This document shows, piece after piece, positions 1 through 10,971 of a DNA stretch of 64,000 bases; position 1 is the first letter of the stretch, and every line of letters starts with the position of its first letter. Source of the DNA: Isurus oxyrinchus (taxonomy: Eukaryota); NCBI GenBank assembly GCA_026770705.1, contig JANJGN010000052.1, positions 930,001 through 994,000 of the forward strand. Direction: 5' to 3'. The position numbers and the translations under genes were made by a program. Below the pieces are notes generated by a model. That model had not been told where the DNA came from. It worked only from the letters and a program-made list of their open reading frames with translations, and searched no databases.

Positions 1-750
1 AGGAAGAGTTGTAGGGGCTGGACGGATTGCAGAGGTAGGGAGGGTTGGAAAGGCTGGTGGAGGTTTCAGAGGTAGGGAAGGCTGCAGGGACTGGAGGAGT
101 TTACAGAGATGGGGGAGTTTTTGGGGCAGGATGGGGTTACAGAGATAGGGAGGGTTGTAGGGGCAGGACGAGGTTACATAGATATGGAGTGTGGCTGGGG
201 CTGAGGGAGGCTACAGAGATAGGGAGGGTTATAATGGCTGGAGGAGTTACAGAGATGAAGGAAACTCTTAGGGACTGGAGGAGGTTACAGAGATAGGGAG
301 GGTTGTAGTGGGCTGGAGGAGGTTACAGAAATATGAAGGGTTGTAAGAGATGGACCAGCTTACAGAGATAGGGAGAGGTATTCGGTCTGGAGGAGTTTGC
401 AGAGATAGTGGAGGTTGTTAGGACTGGAGGAGGCTACAAATATCGCGAGGGTTATCGGGGCTTGAGGAGGTTAAAGAGATAGGGAGGGGTGTTGGGTCCG
501 GAGGAGTTTGCAGTGATAGGAATGGTTTTCGGGATTGGAAGAGAGTACTGAGATAGGAGGGTTGTAGGGACTGGAGGAGTCTCCTGAGATAGGGAGGGTT
601 GTAGGGACTGGAGGAGGCTCCTGAGATAGGGAGGGTTGTAGGGACTGGAGGAGGCTCCTGAGATAGAGAGGGTTGTAGGGACTGGAGGAGGCTCCTGCGA
701 TAGGGAATGTTGCCGTGGATGAAGATAAAGGAGGAGATTACTGTAATAGG
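1..750. repeat. Purine-rich minisatellite, ~37-bp unit (gagatagggagggttgtagggactggaggagg...)
   Basis: Degenerate tandem units directly visible, adjoining the 3' side of the L2-type fragment; same unit on the other strand at ~54600-54770. Confidence 0.85.
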
Positions 751-759
751 GAGGAAAAA

Positions 760-1730
760 TATTCAAAAATTTGGACATTGAGACTTTGCTTGACCAGGAG
801 CCAGTCTCGGTCATCGAGCAGAGCGGGTGATAAGGGAACGGGACTTGGTGTGAGTAAGGACGTGGTCAGCAGTTTTGGATGGCCTCAAGTTTATGGAGTG
901 TAGAGCATGTGTTGGAACAGTCGAGTCTGGAGGTAATGAAGGCGTGGATGAGGGTTTCAGCAGCAGATGAGCTGAGACAGGGTGAAGTCGTACGACGTTA
1001 TGGAGGTGGAAATAGACAGTGTTAGTGAGGGCGCAGATATGAGGCCGGAAGCTCATCTCAGGATCAAATGGGACAACAAAGCTGTGAACAGATTGGCTTC
1101 AATCTCAGAGAGCTGCCAGGGAGAGGAATGGAGTTGGTAGCGAGGGAACAGAGTTTGGATCGAGGAATGAAGACAATGGCTTCAGTCTTTCCAATATTTA
1201 ATTGGAGGGAATTTCTGCCCATCCAGTACTGGATGTCGGATAAGCAGCCTGATAATTTAGCAGCAGTGGAGGAGTCGAGAGAGGTGGTGGTGAGGTAGAG
1301 CTGGGGATCCTCAGTGGACAGGTGAAAACTAATACTGTTCAGATGATGCTGCAAAGCCATTGCAAGTGATTCTCTGGCTACGATGAGATGGATAAGAATG
1401 AAGCCAGGGGAGAGCAGTCCCACCCAGCTGGACGACAGTGGAGAGGGGTTGGAGGAGGATGGTGTGGTCGAGCGTGTCAAAGGCTGCAGACAGATCGAGA
1501 AGGACGAGGAGGGAAAGTTGACCTTTGTCACAGTCACACAGGATGCCATTTGTGACCTTGATAAGAGCTGTTTCAGCACAGTGGCTGGGGTGGGAACCTG
1601 ATTGGAGGGATTCAAACATGGAGTTCCGGGAAAGATGGAACCGGATTCGGGAGATGGAAACACGTTCAAGGACTTTGGAGGGGAAAGAGAGGCTGGAGAT
1701 GGGACGGGGGTTTACACGGACAGTGTGAGG
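760..1730 (-). mobile_element. Degenerate L2/CR1-group LINE reverse transcriptase fragment
   Basis: ORF 1329-1763 has RPISSLSFPSKVLERV...QSG...ETALIKVTN...LLVLLDLSAAFDTLDH; ORF 1064-1669 has WMGRNSLQLNIGKTE; frameshifted. Confidence 0.9.
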
Positions 1731-1983
1731 GGTGGAAGGTGTAGTGGGGAGGAGACACTTCACTCAGGGGGGAGGTGTCATCACCCCTCAGCTCGGTTTA
1801 CGTTACAGCTATGATGTGGATTCAATCACACACAATAAGCTCATGGATCTGGGAGCAGAAATAGACAAATCATTAAAAATAGTGACGCTGGTTAACACGG
1901 CCAAAAAACAAGCAAATCAAACACTATTATTTCCCATTGAGTGTTGGATGTGAATTGGTGAGTAATTATAACACAGCACTTAC

Positions 1984-2361
1984 CAGAAACGTGAAGCTGG
2001 GTTTCAGGGGAAACGTTATGTCTCGGACCATTGCCAAATTTTATCGTGAAAAAATAAGATCCTGCATCTTCCCGTCTGATGTTGTTTATAATCAGGGAAC
2101 AGTCGCCATCTTTCAGGTCTCCAGACAGCCGGGTCCGATGGTGGAACTGTGATAACTCGCGACTGTGACCCTTGGAGTGAAAGGCTATAGACCATTTAGA
2201 CCATTTGTTCTGTATGTATCTTCTCATTTTCCAGATTCCGACCTGTGGTTTCTTTACCAAATCTGATGGATAACTGTAATGACATGGAATCTGTACACAC
2301 GAACCTTCCTGCGCTGTCACCTCTCGTGGAGTGTCACCTTTCCACTCTTGTGACAATCCAA
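1984..2361 (-). CDS. Locus S1: Siglec-type V-set Ig exon, Arg-less (YFFTIK); gene continues beyond left edge
   Basis: ccccag acceptor and gtaag donor; 378 nt, phase 1-1, open; CVQIPC...GDLKDGDCSL...YFF pattern (B-E intra-sheet Cys, no F-strand Cys) typical of Siglec V domains. Confidence 0.92.
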
Positions 2362-2579
2362 CTGGGGAGAGAAATATCAATATTTAACTCTGGATGTTTT
2401 GTTGATCCACTAGACTCAATATCCACCCCCTCCATCACTGGGGCACAGTGGCTGCAGTGTGGAGCATCTACAGGACACACAATGAACTCCACAAGGTATC
2501 ACACCAGATGGAAGAGAATCCTGGACACAAAAGCGGAAAAGTTCATTCTACATTGGTTCATGGTCCTCAGGACCCTGTT

Positions 2580-4278
2580 TGTGCACAAGCCTGCTCTCCA
2601 ACAGAACTGAAGTTGGGGACAATGCATTTGGAATTCCACTGTCCGGGGCATTGGGTTAACTTGCTGATTTTGTTTTAAATCTAACATCTATTTTTGGTCT
2701 GTTGCCTTAAAGGGACTGTAACTGGGAGTCAGGTTAATTAGGAATTTTAGGAGTTATGATAGCAGTCTTGTAGTTATGTATGTGCTTGAAATCCTTTATT
2801 TTGATGACAAATATGTTAATTTATTGTTTTAAATCTCTGACGGTATTGGTGGAGTTATTGCTTCTGAATTAAGTGCACACATCTCATAATAAATACAAAT
2901 TGCAAAATCATTATGATAGTGTGACCAGGTTTCTCTCAGGGACTTGGTCTGCCTGGCACACATCACCTGCCAAGTGATAACACTTTTGTAATATGCCTTT
3001 CAGGGACAGCAGCATGACATCACTCGAGAGGAAGTGTGTCATGTGATTTTTAGGAACTGGTGTTCGCTTAAGTAAGTTCTATGTGTATTTGTGTGCGTTA
3101 GGCAAAAGGTCTATCTTTAAGTTCAAGTTTAGTTTGTATTTCTGTATTTGGGTGTTGAGAAAAGGGGGAACCTGAGTTAAAAAGAAGCCAGCATTCCATT
3201 GAGGTTTTATGACTGTTGAAGGGAAGTCAAAACAAATACAAGGTGTAAGAAACTATGCTGTTGCCTAGTAACAGTGATCCAGAGGGAAGGACCCACAGAG
3301 ACAGAAAAAAACAGAAAAGTACTTTCAGTTCTGTTGAAAGGAGTTGCCAGGAGAAGCAGCAAAGGAGCGGGACAGATAGTCAGTCCCAAAGTAAAGAAGA
3401 AGCCAAATCTATCGAGTTTGACAGGAGAAAGGGCCCAAGAAAACCTTCTAGTCAAATCTGGAAAAGGCCCTGTTAAGTGAAGTTAAGAGTGAGGAGCAGA
3501 AGAAGGCTTCAAGCATAAAGGGAGAAAGCAGCAGGACACAGGCCTAAAGCAAAATAGGCTTGCGAGAAGCCAGAAGATCCTAGGAGACACCACAGGTTGG
3601 TGACTCATTACTACGGCCATGTGAAGCCATGGTGTTCCATTGACACGGCTGAGCATTGGAGAGACAGGGCGTGGAAGGAAGGCTGAATGCACGTGGCGAT
3701 CCAGGGGGCAGGAACATGGGAAGGAGAGTTTGAAATAGTGAAAGTGGTCCCTTGTGGAAGGTGTCTGAGTGAAAGTGTCATGTTGGAGAAGATTCCAAAG
3801 TGAGTTCTTGGAGAGTGGAGATTGGAAACCCTCATAAGAAAGAAGCTTTTCAGTGAGACTGGTTGGCTCACAGTGCAACAAGCGTCTGGGGACAGATGAG
3901 ACATAGAATTTGTTTCAAGTGGGCTCTGCCACTTGCTTTCAGAATGTGGTGTCCCTGACCACAGGTCGTCTATTGGTTTACATCGACTGTGTACTTAGTG
4001 TGAACAAGAGAGTATAAGATAGTTATCGTAACTTGTGTTCTACTTATGAATCTGTAAAGGTATAGATCTGGGTGAATGAGTAATGTCATATAGTTTGTCT
4101 TTCCTAGTTTAATAAATGTTTTATTCTTTTGTTAGAAGTTCATCAGATGACTCCTGTGACTCTGTTCAGTAGCCGCACTCCACATTCCTAAATAAAAAAT
4201 AAAAGTTAGGACCTATCAAGCTGAGTTCCACCCTGGGATCTGACTTGCCCAGTAGTAACGACAGCTGGGATGGTAACA
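2580..4278 (+). mobile_element. LTR-like sequences inserted in S1 intron (two elements ending ...TAACA at ~2982 and ~4278)
   Basis: Absent from the paralogous S2 intron; 2620-2980 resembles the TG...CA-bounded elements at 47831 and 50929; AATAAA near 4110; boundaries approximate. Confidence 0.55.
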
Positions 4279-5081
4279 CCATCCAGTCCAAGTCTCACTT
4301 TGGCCTGTGAGCAGAACACAGCTCACACAGTTTGGCTGCAGGTGTCTCCCAGCTTTCTATCCTTGTATATCTGTTCTCATGTCCCTATTCCAAATAAATG
4401 AACCCACAATGTGTTTACCCAATTCCGTATCAGTGGCTGGTGCCTTTATATCATTATAAAAACACAACATGGTGATCGGTGGTGGCCAAACATTCAGGCA
4501 GCAAGATTCAGTACAGATATGACGTGGTGAACAGCCTTAGATCGAGCTACGTGACATGAGACGATCCTCGATGCTTTGGTCAGACCACAACAGAGACACA
4601 GCATCAGAGAGGGTTGAAATCGCAGTGTACTGACTGCTCAGGAAACCTTTGAAGACACAGTGATGGGAAAGAGCTCAAGTAAAGAGCTGGGGAGCAGACG
4701 GATCCCTCGTGGTGGGATTACAGCACACGGCCTGTAGGTCAGTGAGTGGGACAGTGTGTATCGCCAGGACCAGCAGCAGGTTAGCTCAGTCAGGGAAGGC
4801 GAGTGACCAGGGTGTGGGCTGGATCGATAGTGAGCGAGGGAGAGTCAAACACACAAAAACCATTATAAAAATCAGCCCAGAGAAGTTAGTGATTATAACG
4901 GGCGGCTTCGAGATTGCTGAACAGCAAATTGAATAAAAAACAAAGACTCCATTACTCCGTGGTGTGTTCCTGCCACAACCCGTCTTCGTGGGCGGAGCTT
5001 CGGAAAAGCGCACGAAAGGGGCTAAAGCGACACTCATCCCAGATCCTGTAGGAGAAGGAAGGTCAAAGGAATATTGTCAGA

Positions 5082-6270
5082 ATGTCCACGAAATTCCCCA
5101 GTTTGAACTGGGATGTAGCTGACCGACTATCTGAATTCAGAATGTTTAAACAGCGTACAGAGCTCTGGTTTCCTGATTCAGGTGTGACTGAACCAGACGA
5201 ACAAGCCATAAAAATTCACCTCGCGATTGGGAATGAAGGTCTACACAGGCTGAACACGTCAGGATTAACAGCAGAAGAGCGAAAGGATCCCCAATAGATA
5301 TGGACGATATTGGAAGACAGGTTCAGAATCAGGTTAAACTCCATATTCATCAACTAGAGTTTATGTCATTTCATCAGCCTACACAATCCATAGACCACTT
5401 CATCAGCCGATGTAGAGAAAAGGGTACGCACTGTGATTTCAAACACAGAGTCTGCAGACAGAGTTTTTGAGTTGGTGATCACATCCACTCCCATGGAAGC
5501 CTTCCAGAAAGATCTGCTAGATAAGACCAAAACCTATAGCATTGAAGAGTTACTCAAGGATGGACATAAATATGAAGTGATCCTCGCAGGTCAACAAGCT
5601 TACAGGTCCTCAATACAACATCAATTGTTGACACACTCACTAGAACATCCAAACCTAGTGAGACTTGTGGAAGGTGTGGCCTTCTGCAGGCACCAAGGAA
5701 ATGCCCAGCTTTCCACCAAGCCATCAAGGCTTGTGGCAGAAAGGGCCATTGACAGCGGCAGGGCACTAGAGCAAAGGCTGATGCAGCTACAAAGAGCCGT
5801 GCGCTGATCCAAACAATCCCTGCACAACGGGGAAACTTCAAGCAATAAGGATGACCATCCGCTATCCCATCAGGAACATATACATGTGGTGACTGACAAA
5901 CCAGGAATTGGCGATGATGTACACGACGAGACTAGGAGCGGTGATCGATATTCCACCTCTCACACATATCCTGACGTGGCTTGCCAATAAATTGTGGATT
6001 GTGGTCTTTATTGATCTCTCTGGGCACATCAAATAAACTGAAAATGTTCCCATAGGGGTGGGATTTTCTGGCCCCACCCACTTCCAAGATTGTCTGGTCC
6101 GGCTGAAAGCCAATGGATTTATGTCTGTCCCAGTCTCAGAAACTATCCCATAAACTCAGTTCATGACATAACATTGAAATATGCAGAAAGATTCAACAAT
6201 ATTGGCAGTTTCATGGGAGCTGCAACATTACACCTGCAGGAGAATGCAAGTCTGTCAGACTCCTTGCATT
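5082..6270 (+). mobile_element. Degenerate Ty3/Gypsy gag (Mag-like) with pol remnant
   Basis: MSTKFPSLNW...FRMFKQR...AIGNEG gag N-terminus; decayed double knuckle CGRCG..RKCPAF..ACGRKGH at ~5666-5750; stops and frameshifts. Confidence 0.7.
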
Positions 6271-7645
6271 AAAATTAATACAATCCAACTTTGCCACGCT
6301 ATCTTGAGCCTTAAATGGCCAATAATTTCTATGCCTTCCAGGTTCATTTGCTCTCTTCTAATTTTGGCTGTGCATCTCTCTCTGTTGAACTTCCTCTCGG
6401 GATCCCATCCCCTGCTATATTACTTTAAAGCCTTCTCAATTGCATCAAGGGTGTAATGTCAATTGAAACCAGGGACAACATCAAAGAATGACAATCCCAC
6501 AGATCAATGTGAGCAATTAAAGAAACCTCCAGACAATTTTGCCACCACAAGATCTCGACATAACAGCAGATTACCTCTACGCTTTAGAGACTCAAATATT
6601 CAACAGATCTATACACTTATGTAATTGTCAAGAAATATGAAAATGATACCAGGAACCTCTTGTTCCCTGTCCTTCTCAAAGATCCATCCCTGCAGCAGGA
6701 GCCTGAAGAGTTACTGAAGAGTGGGTCTTAATTTATCAGATTGTAGAATGATCCGGAATAGAAGGATGCCATTTGGCCCATCGAGCCTGTGCTGGGCCTT
6801 TGAAAGATCTGTCCAATTAGTCCCACTCTAACCTCTGCTCTCTCCTCCACAGCCCTGCAAAATGTCCCCTTCAAGTATTTATCTAGTTCCCCTTCTGAAA
6901 GTTCCTGTTGAATCTGCTGCCACCAGCCTTTCAAGCAGTGAGTCAATGGTCTCTCTCTGAGCTGCAAAGTGCTAATGTTCTGAGAACTTTAAACACTGCA
7001 GCAGATCAGAGACAATCATGATAACTCAGAATATTTGACAGTTTTACACACAGACAGCTTTACCTTTCTTCTCTCTTTCAGTTATCTTGCTCCCTTATTG
7101 AAGTATCTAGCATGGTGAGAATGGACAGTAAGTGTGACACTGAACAGCCTGTCTATTCTAGGAGCTGCTGTGTTGTCTTCATGGGAAATTCTGACTAAAA
7201 TCAGCAATAGACACAAAATTTCAGGGCATTGTTATCCGAGTCCCAGCATCAGGATAGACTTCATCCCCCAGTTGGTATCCCTGATTCTCTATTCAGCCGA
7301 TCGCTCCCCTGTCACTGGATGAACTACACTGCCTCCCAGTCCAGCAATGACTCAAATTTCAAATTCTCATCATCGATTTCTTACCCCACCATCCCCCCTC
7401 TACACTCCCAATCCCTGTAACCTCCTCCAACCCTAAAACCCTCTGAGATCTCTGCTCTCCTCCAATTCTGCTGTCAGACAGGGAGTCAGTGTATATCAGT
7501 GAGCACAGGGGTGATGGGTGAATGGGACTTGGTGTCAGTTTGTACACTGGATCACTGCTGAATCGGTTCCCAATCACACTCAATAAGAATGATCTTTTAC
7601 AAAGACTATTAGCCATAAACCTGTCCGAGCTGATGATGTTATTAC

Positions 7646-7685
7646 CTTGGAGAAGTGACAGGAGGAAGTAGGATTTCCCGATCAT
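7646..7685 (-). CDS. Locus S1 leader exon coding part (MIGKSYFLLSLLQ-)
   Basis: ATG 7683-7685, 40 nt, phase-1 donor AG|gtaat; acceptor tttcag at 7728; in frame with the V exon. Confidence 0.85.
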
Positions 7686-8120
7686 TGTCCACTCCCAGAT
7701 ATTTCATAAGCTTCTGACTCTCAAACTCTGAAAGAGAAAGGAGTTAATGAGACCTCACCTCTTGTCCGACAGCTCTCAAGAGATCAGAACTGCTTTTGGA
7801 CAATGTCTTGACAGACTAATTTGATTCTCTGTGGGATGATAGGTGCTCTGCAGAGAGTTACAAGGCTTTAAGAAAGAAAAACATTGAAGGATTTGCATTT
7901 CTATAGCACCTTTCACCACCTCAAGACGTCCCAAAGCTCATGTCTCTGCACTTCCCTCATCCCTTGAGCTAGAAAGATGTTCTGTACAACAGACTTGAGT
8001 CTCACACCCAGATCTCAATAATCAGTAGAAATCTTTCAAAGGCATCAATCATTGGAATCTGTCTTCATAAAGTCACAACATCAACAAAGGACGGTGTTGG
8101 TGGTGGAAGTGAATTCCAAT

Positions 8121-8280
8121 CATTCCGTTACTTACCCAGGACCTGTCCGACTGCTCGTCTGGGGAGGAACTGCCCACATGCTCTGCTTGGGCTGAATGAC
8201 CTCTTCCTGTGCTGCCCCCTCTGTATGTTTAATTAGAAAGGGTTGATGTGTCACTGTGAGACAAAATGAGGAAGTGGGTA
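8121..8280 (-). promoter_or_regulatory. Putative promoter/non-coding exon 1 module of S1
   Basis: Minus-strand donor GG|gtaagt at 8135; AAAATGAGGAAGT PU.1/Spi-type site at ~8263-8275; module recurs at 14860, 15508 and 21440. Confidence 0.6.
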
Positions 8281-8489
8281 ACCAGTGAGAAGATCGAGGA
8301 TGTTTTGTGCTCTCAGCAAAACGTTTACCATGTGATGATCTGTCAGCTCAAATTTGGGCAGCTGTAGTCATGAAGCTTCTCCATTGGCTCCGTGGGTTTA
8401 GACTCCTCCCCCTCACCTCGGAGGCTGAAACTCAGGCGATAAGAGTTCCTAATACAGGTCTCTGGCCTTATGATACATTTCAACGATCC

Positions 8490-9890
8490 CTGTTATCATT
8501 ACGGAGGGAGTGCTGCACTGTCAGCGGGAGTTTACTGTGGGATTGCTGCTCTATCAGAGGGTCAGTACTGAGGGAGTGCTGCACTGTAAGAGGGTCAGTA
8601 CTGAGGGAGTGCTGCACTGTCGGAGGGTCAGTACTGAGGGAGTGCTGCACTGTCATAGGGTCAGTAATGAGGGAGTGCTGCACTGTCAGAAGGTCTGTAC
8701 TGAGTGAGTTCCGCACAGGTGGAGGGTCAGTATTGAGGGGGTGCCGGACTGTGGGAGGGTTTGTACTGACGTAGAGCGGAGTGCGAGGAGATATCCTTTC
8801 ATGACAAAGTTTAACTGGAATTTATTTAAACAGAATTTAAACAGTACTGTGTGTTATTGCAAAAGAAAGGATTTGAGGAACTAACTCTTGTTCCCGTAAG
8901 CCTAAAAATAATTTTCACTGATTTCTATGATTTAGCATTGAAACCTCCCTCTTTGGGCACCAGTCTTGATTGAAACAACTCGCACAGCACTGTGGGAGGG
9001 TGAGTACTGAGGGAATGCTGCACTGTGGGAGGGTGAGAACTGAGGGAGTGCTGCACTGTGGGAGTGTGAGTACTGAGGGAGTGTTGCACTGTGAGAGGGT
9101 CAGTACTGAGGGAGTGCTGCACTGTGGGAGTGTGAGTACTGAGGGAGTGCTGCACTGTGGGAGTGTGAGTACTGAGGGAGTGCTGCACTGTGGGAGAGTG
9201 AGTACTGAGGGAGTGCTGCACTGTCAGAGGGTCAGTAATGTGGGAGTGCTGCACTGTCACAGGATCAGTAATGAGGGAGTGCTGCACTGTCACAGGATCA
9301 GTAATGTGGGAGTGCTGAACTGTCGGCGGGTCTGTACTGAGTGAGTTCCGCACAGTCGGAGGGTCATTATTGAGGGGGTGCTGGACAGTGGGAGGGTTAG
9401 TACTGAGGTAGAGTGGAGCGTGAGGAGATATCCTTTCATGGCAAAGTTTAACTGGAATTTATTTAAACAGAGAGTCTTGTACTGTGTGTTATTGCAAAAG
9501 AAAGGATTTGAGGAACTAAGTCTTGTTCCCGTTAGCCTAAAAATAATTTTCAACGATTTCAATGATTTAGCAATGAAACCTCCCTCTTTGGGCATCAGTC
9601 TTGATTGAAACAACTCACACAGCACTTCAGGAGAGTGAGTACTGAGGGAGGGCTGCACTGTGGGAGAGTGAGTACTGAGGGAGTGCTGCACTGTGGGAGC
9701 GTCAGTACTGAGGGAGGGCTGCACAGTGGGAGGGTGAGCACTGAGGGAGTGCTGCACTGTGGGATCGTCAGTACTGAGGGAGTGCTGAACTGTTGGAAGG
9801 TCAGTAGTGAGGGAGGGATACAGTGTCAGAAGATCAGTCCTGTGGGAGTGCTGCACTGTCAGAAGGTGTGTACCGAGGTAGTGCTGCACA
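8490..9890. repeat. Three blocks of the 33-bp satellite separated by a duplicated ~230-bp spacer
   Basis: Unit cagtactgagggagtgctgcactgtcagagggt (11-aa ORF periodicity); 8770-8990 duplicated at 9405-9625. Confidence 0.92.
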
Positions 9891-10109
9891 CAGCCAGACA
9901 ATGCCGTGGTTATGATGTGTCCACACAGCAGGACTGGGGAGCACCAGGTATAAGGAAAAGTTTCAGCTTGCTGAGGAGAAGAAGGAGAATCTCTCGTTCC
10001 AGGTTTCTCTCCGTACATTAAGAAGCAGGCATGCCGATGTTTCATTGCACTCTGTCTGCTGATGGGAGTCCGCTTGGAAATTGCTGTTTGTGCTGATGGA
10101 AAGAATAAA

Positions 10110-10720
10110 CTTTTCATAAATCGAGGGATTGAGTACAAACACAGGGAGGTTATGCTGAACATTTATAAAGCTCTGGTTAGGTCACAACTAGAGTATTGTG
10201 TCCAGTTCTGGTCTCTTCACTTTGGGAAGGAAGTGAGGGTCCTTGAGAGGGTGGGGAGGAGATTGAGCAGAATGGGTCCAGGGATGAGGGATTTTAGCTA
10301 CAAGGTTGGGTTGGAGAAGCTGGGGTTGTTCTCCTTGGAGCAAAGGAGATTGAGGGGGGATCTGATCGAGGTGTACAAGATGATGATGGGTTTAGATACG
10401 GTAGACAAAGAGAAGCTGTTGCCATTAGCTGATGGGACAAGGACTGGGGGACACAGATTGAAGGTTTTGGGCAGAGGGGGATGTGAGGAGGAACTTTTTT
10501 AAACAGCGAGTGGTAATGAGCTGGAACTCACTGCCTACGAGGATGGTGGAAGCGGAGACGATGAACAATTTCAAAAGGAAATTGGATGGACACTTGAGGG
10601 GAAATAAACTCACAGGGATACGGGGATAGAGAGGGGGAATGGGACTGAGTGGATTGCTCTACAGAGAGACAGCATGGACTCAATGGGCTGAATGGGCTCC
10701 CACTGTGCTGGAATGCCTCT
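10110..10720 (+). mobile_element. CR1-type LINE 3' fragment
   Basis: YKALVRSQLEYCVQFWS...SLEQRRLRGDLIEVYK; closely similar copy on the minus strand at 30500-30950. Confidence 0.92.
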
Positions 10721-10831
10721 CTGATACGAAGGTGATTTTAACCAGGACACTGACCAGTTTCATTGCAACTTAACCCAACATCACACATTATTTGTCCGCA
10801 CTGACTGACCAGATTGTTGCTGTACAAAGCT

Positions 10832-10971
10832 TCAAACAGTCTGTCGACTTCCTTTCACTGTTTGTCTCTCCCAGACACAGACTCCAGTGATAGTGATAAC
10901 CACAGCCACAAGGAATATCACAGCTCGTATTCCCAGGATCAGGATCACGTGCAGAATCTCTCCTCCACTGT
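10832..10971 (-). CDS. Locus S2 terminal exon: TM with intramembrane Arg plus short Tyr-free tail
   Basis: Acceptor ctttctgtgtgttctctag; phase-1 reading (Y)SGGEILHVILILGIRAVIFLVAVVITITGVCVWERQTVKGSRQTV*; hand-translated, frame not in ORF track. Confidence 0.85.
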
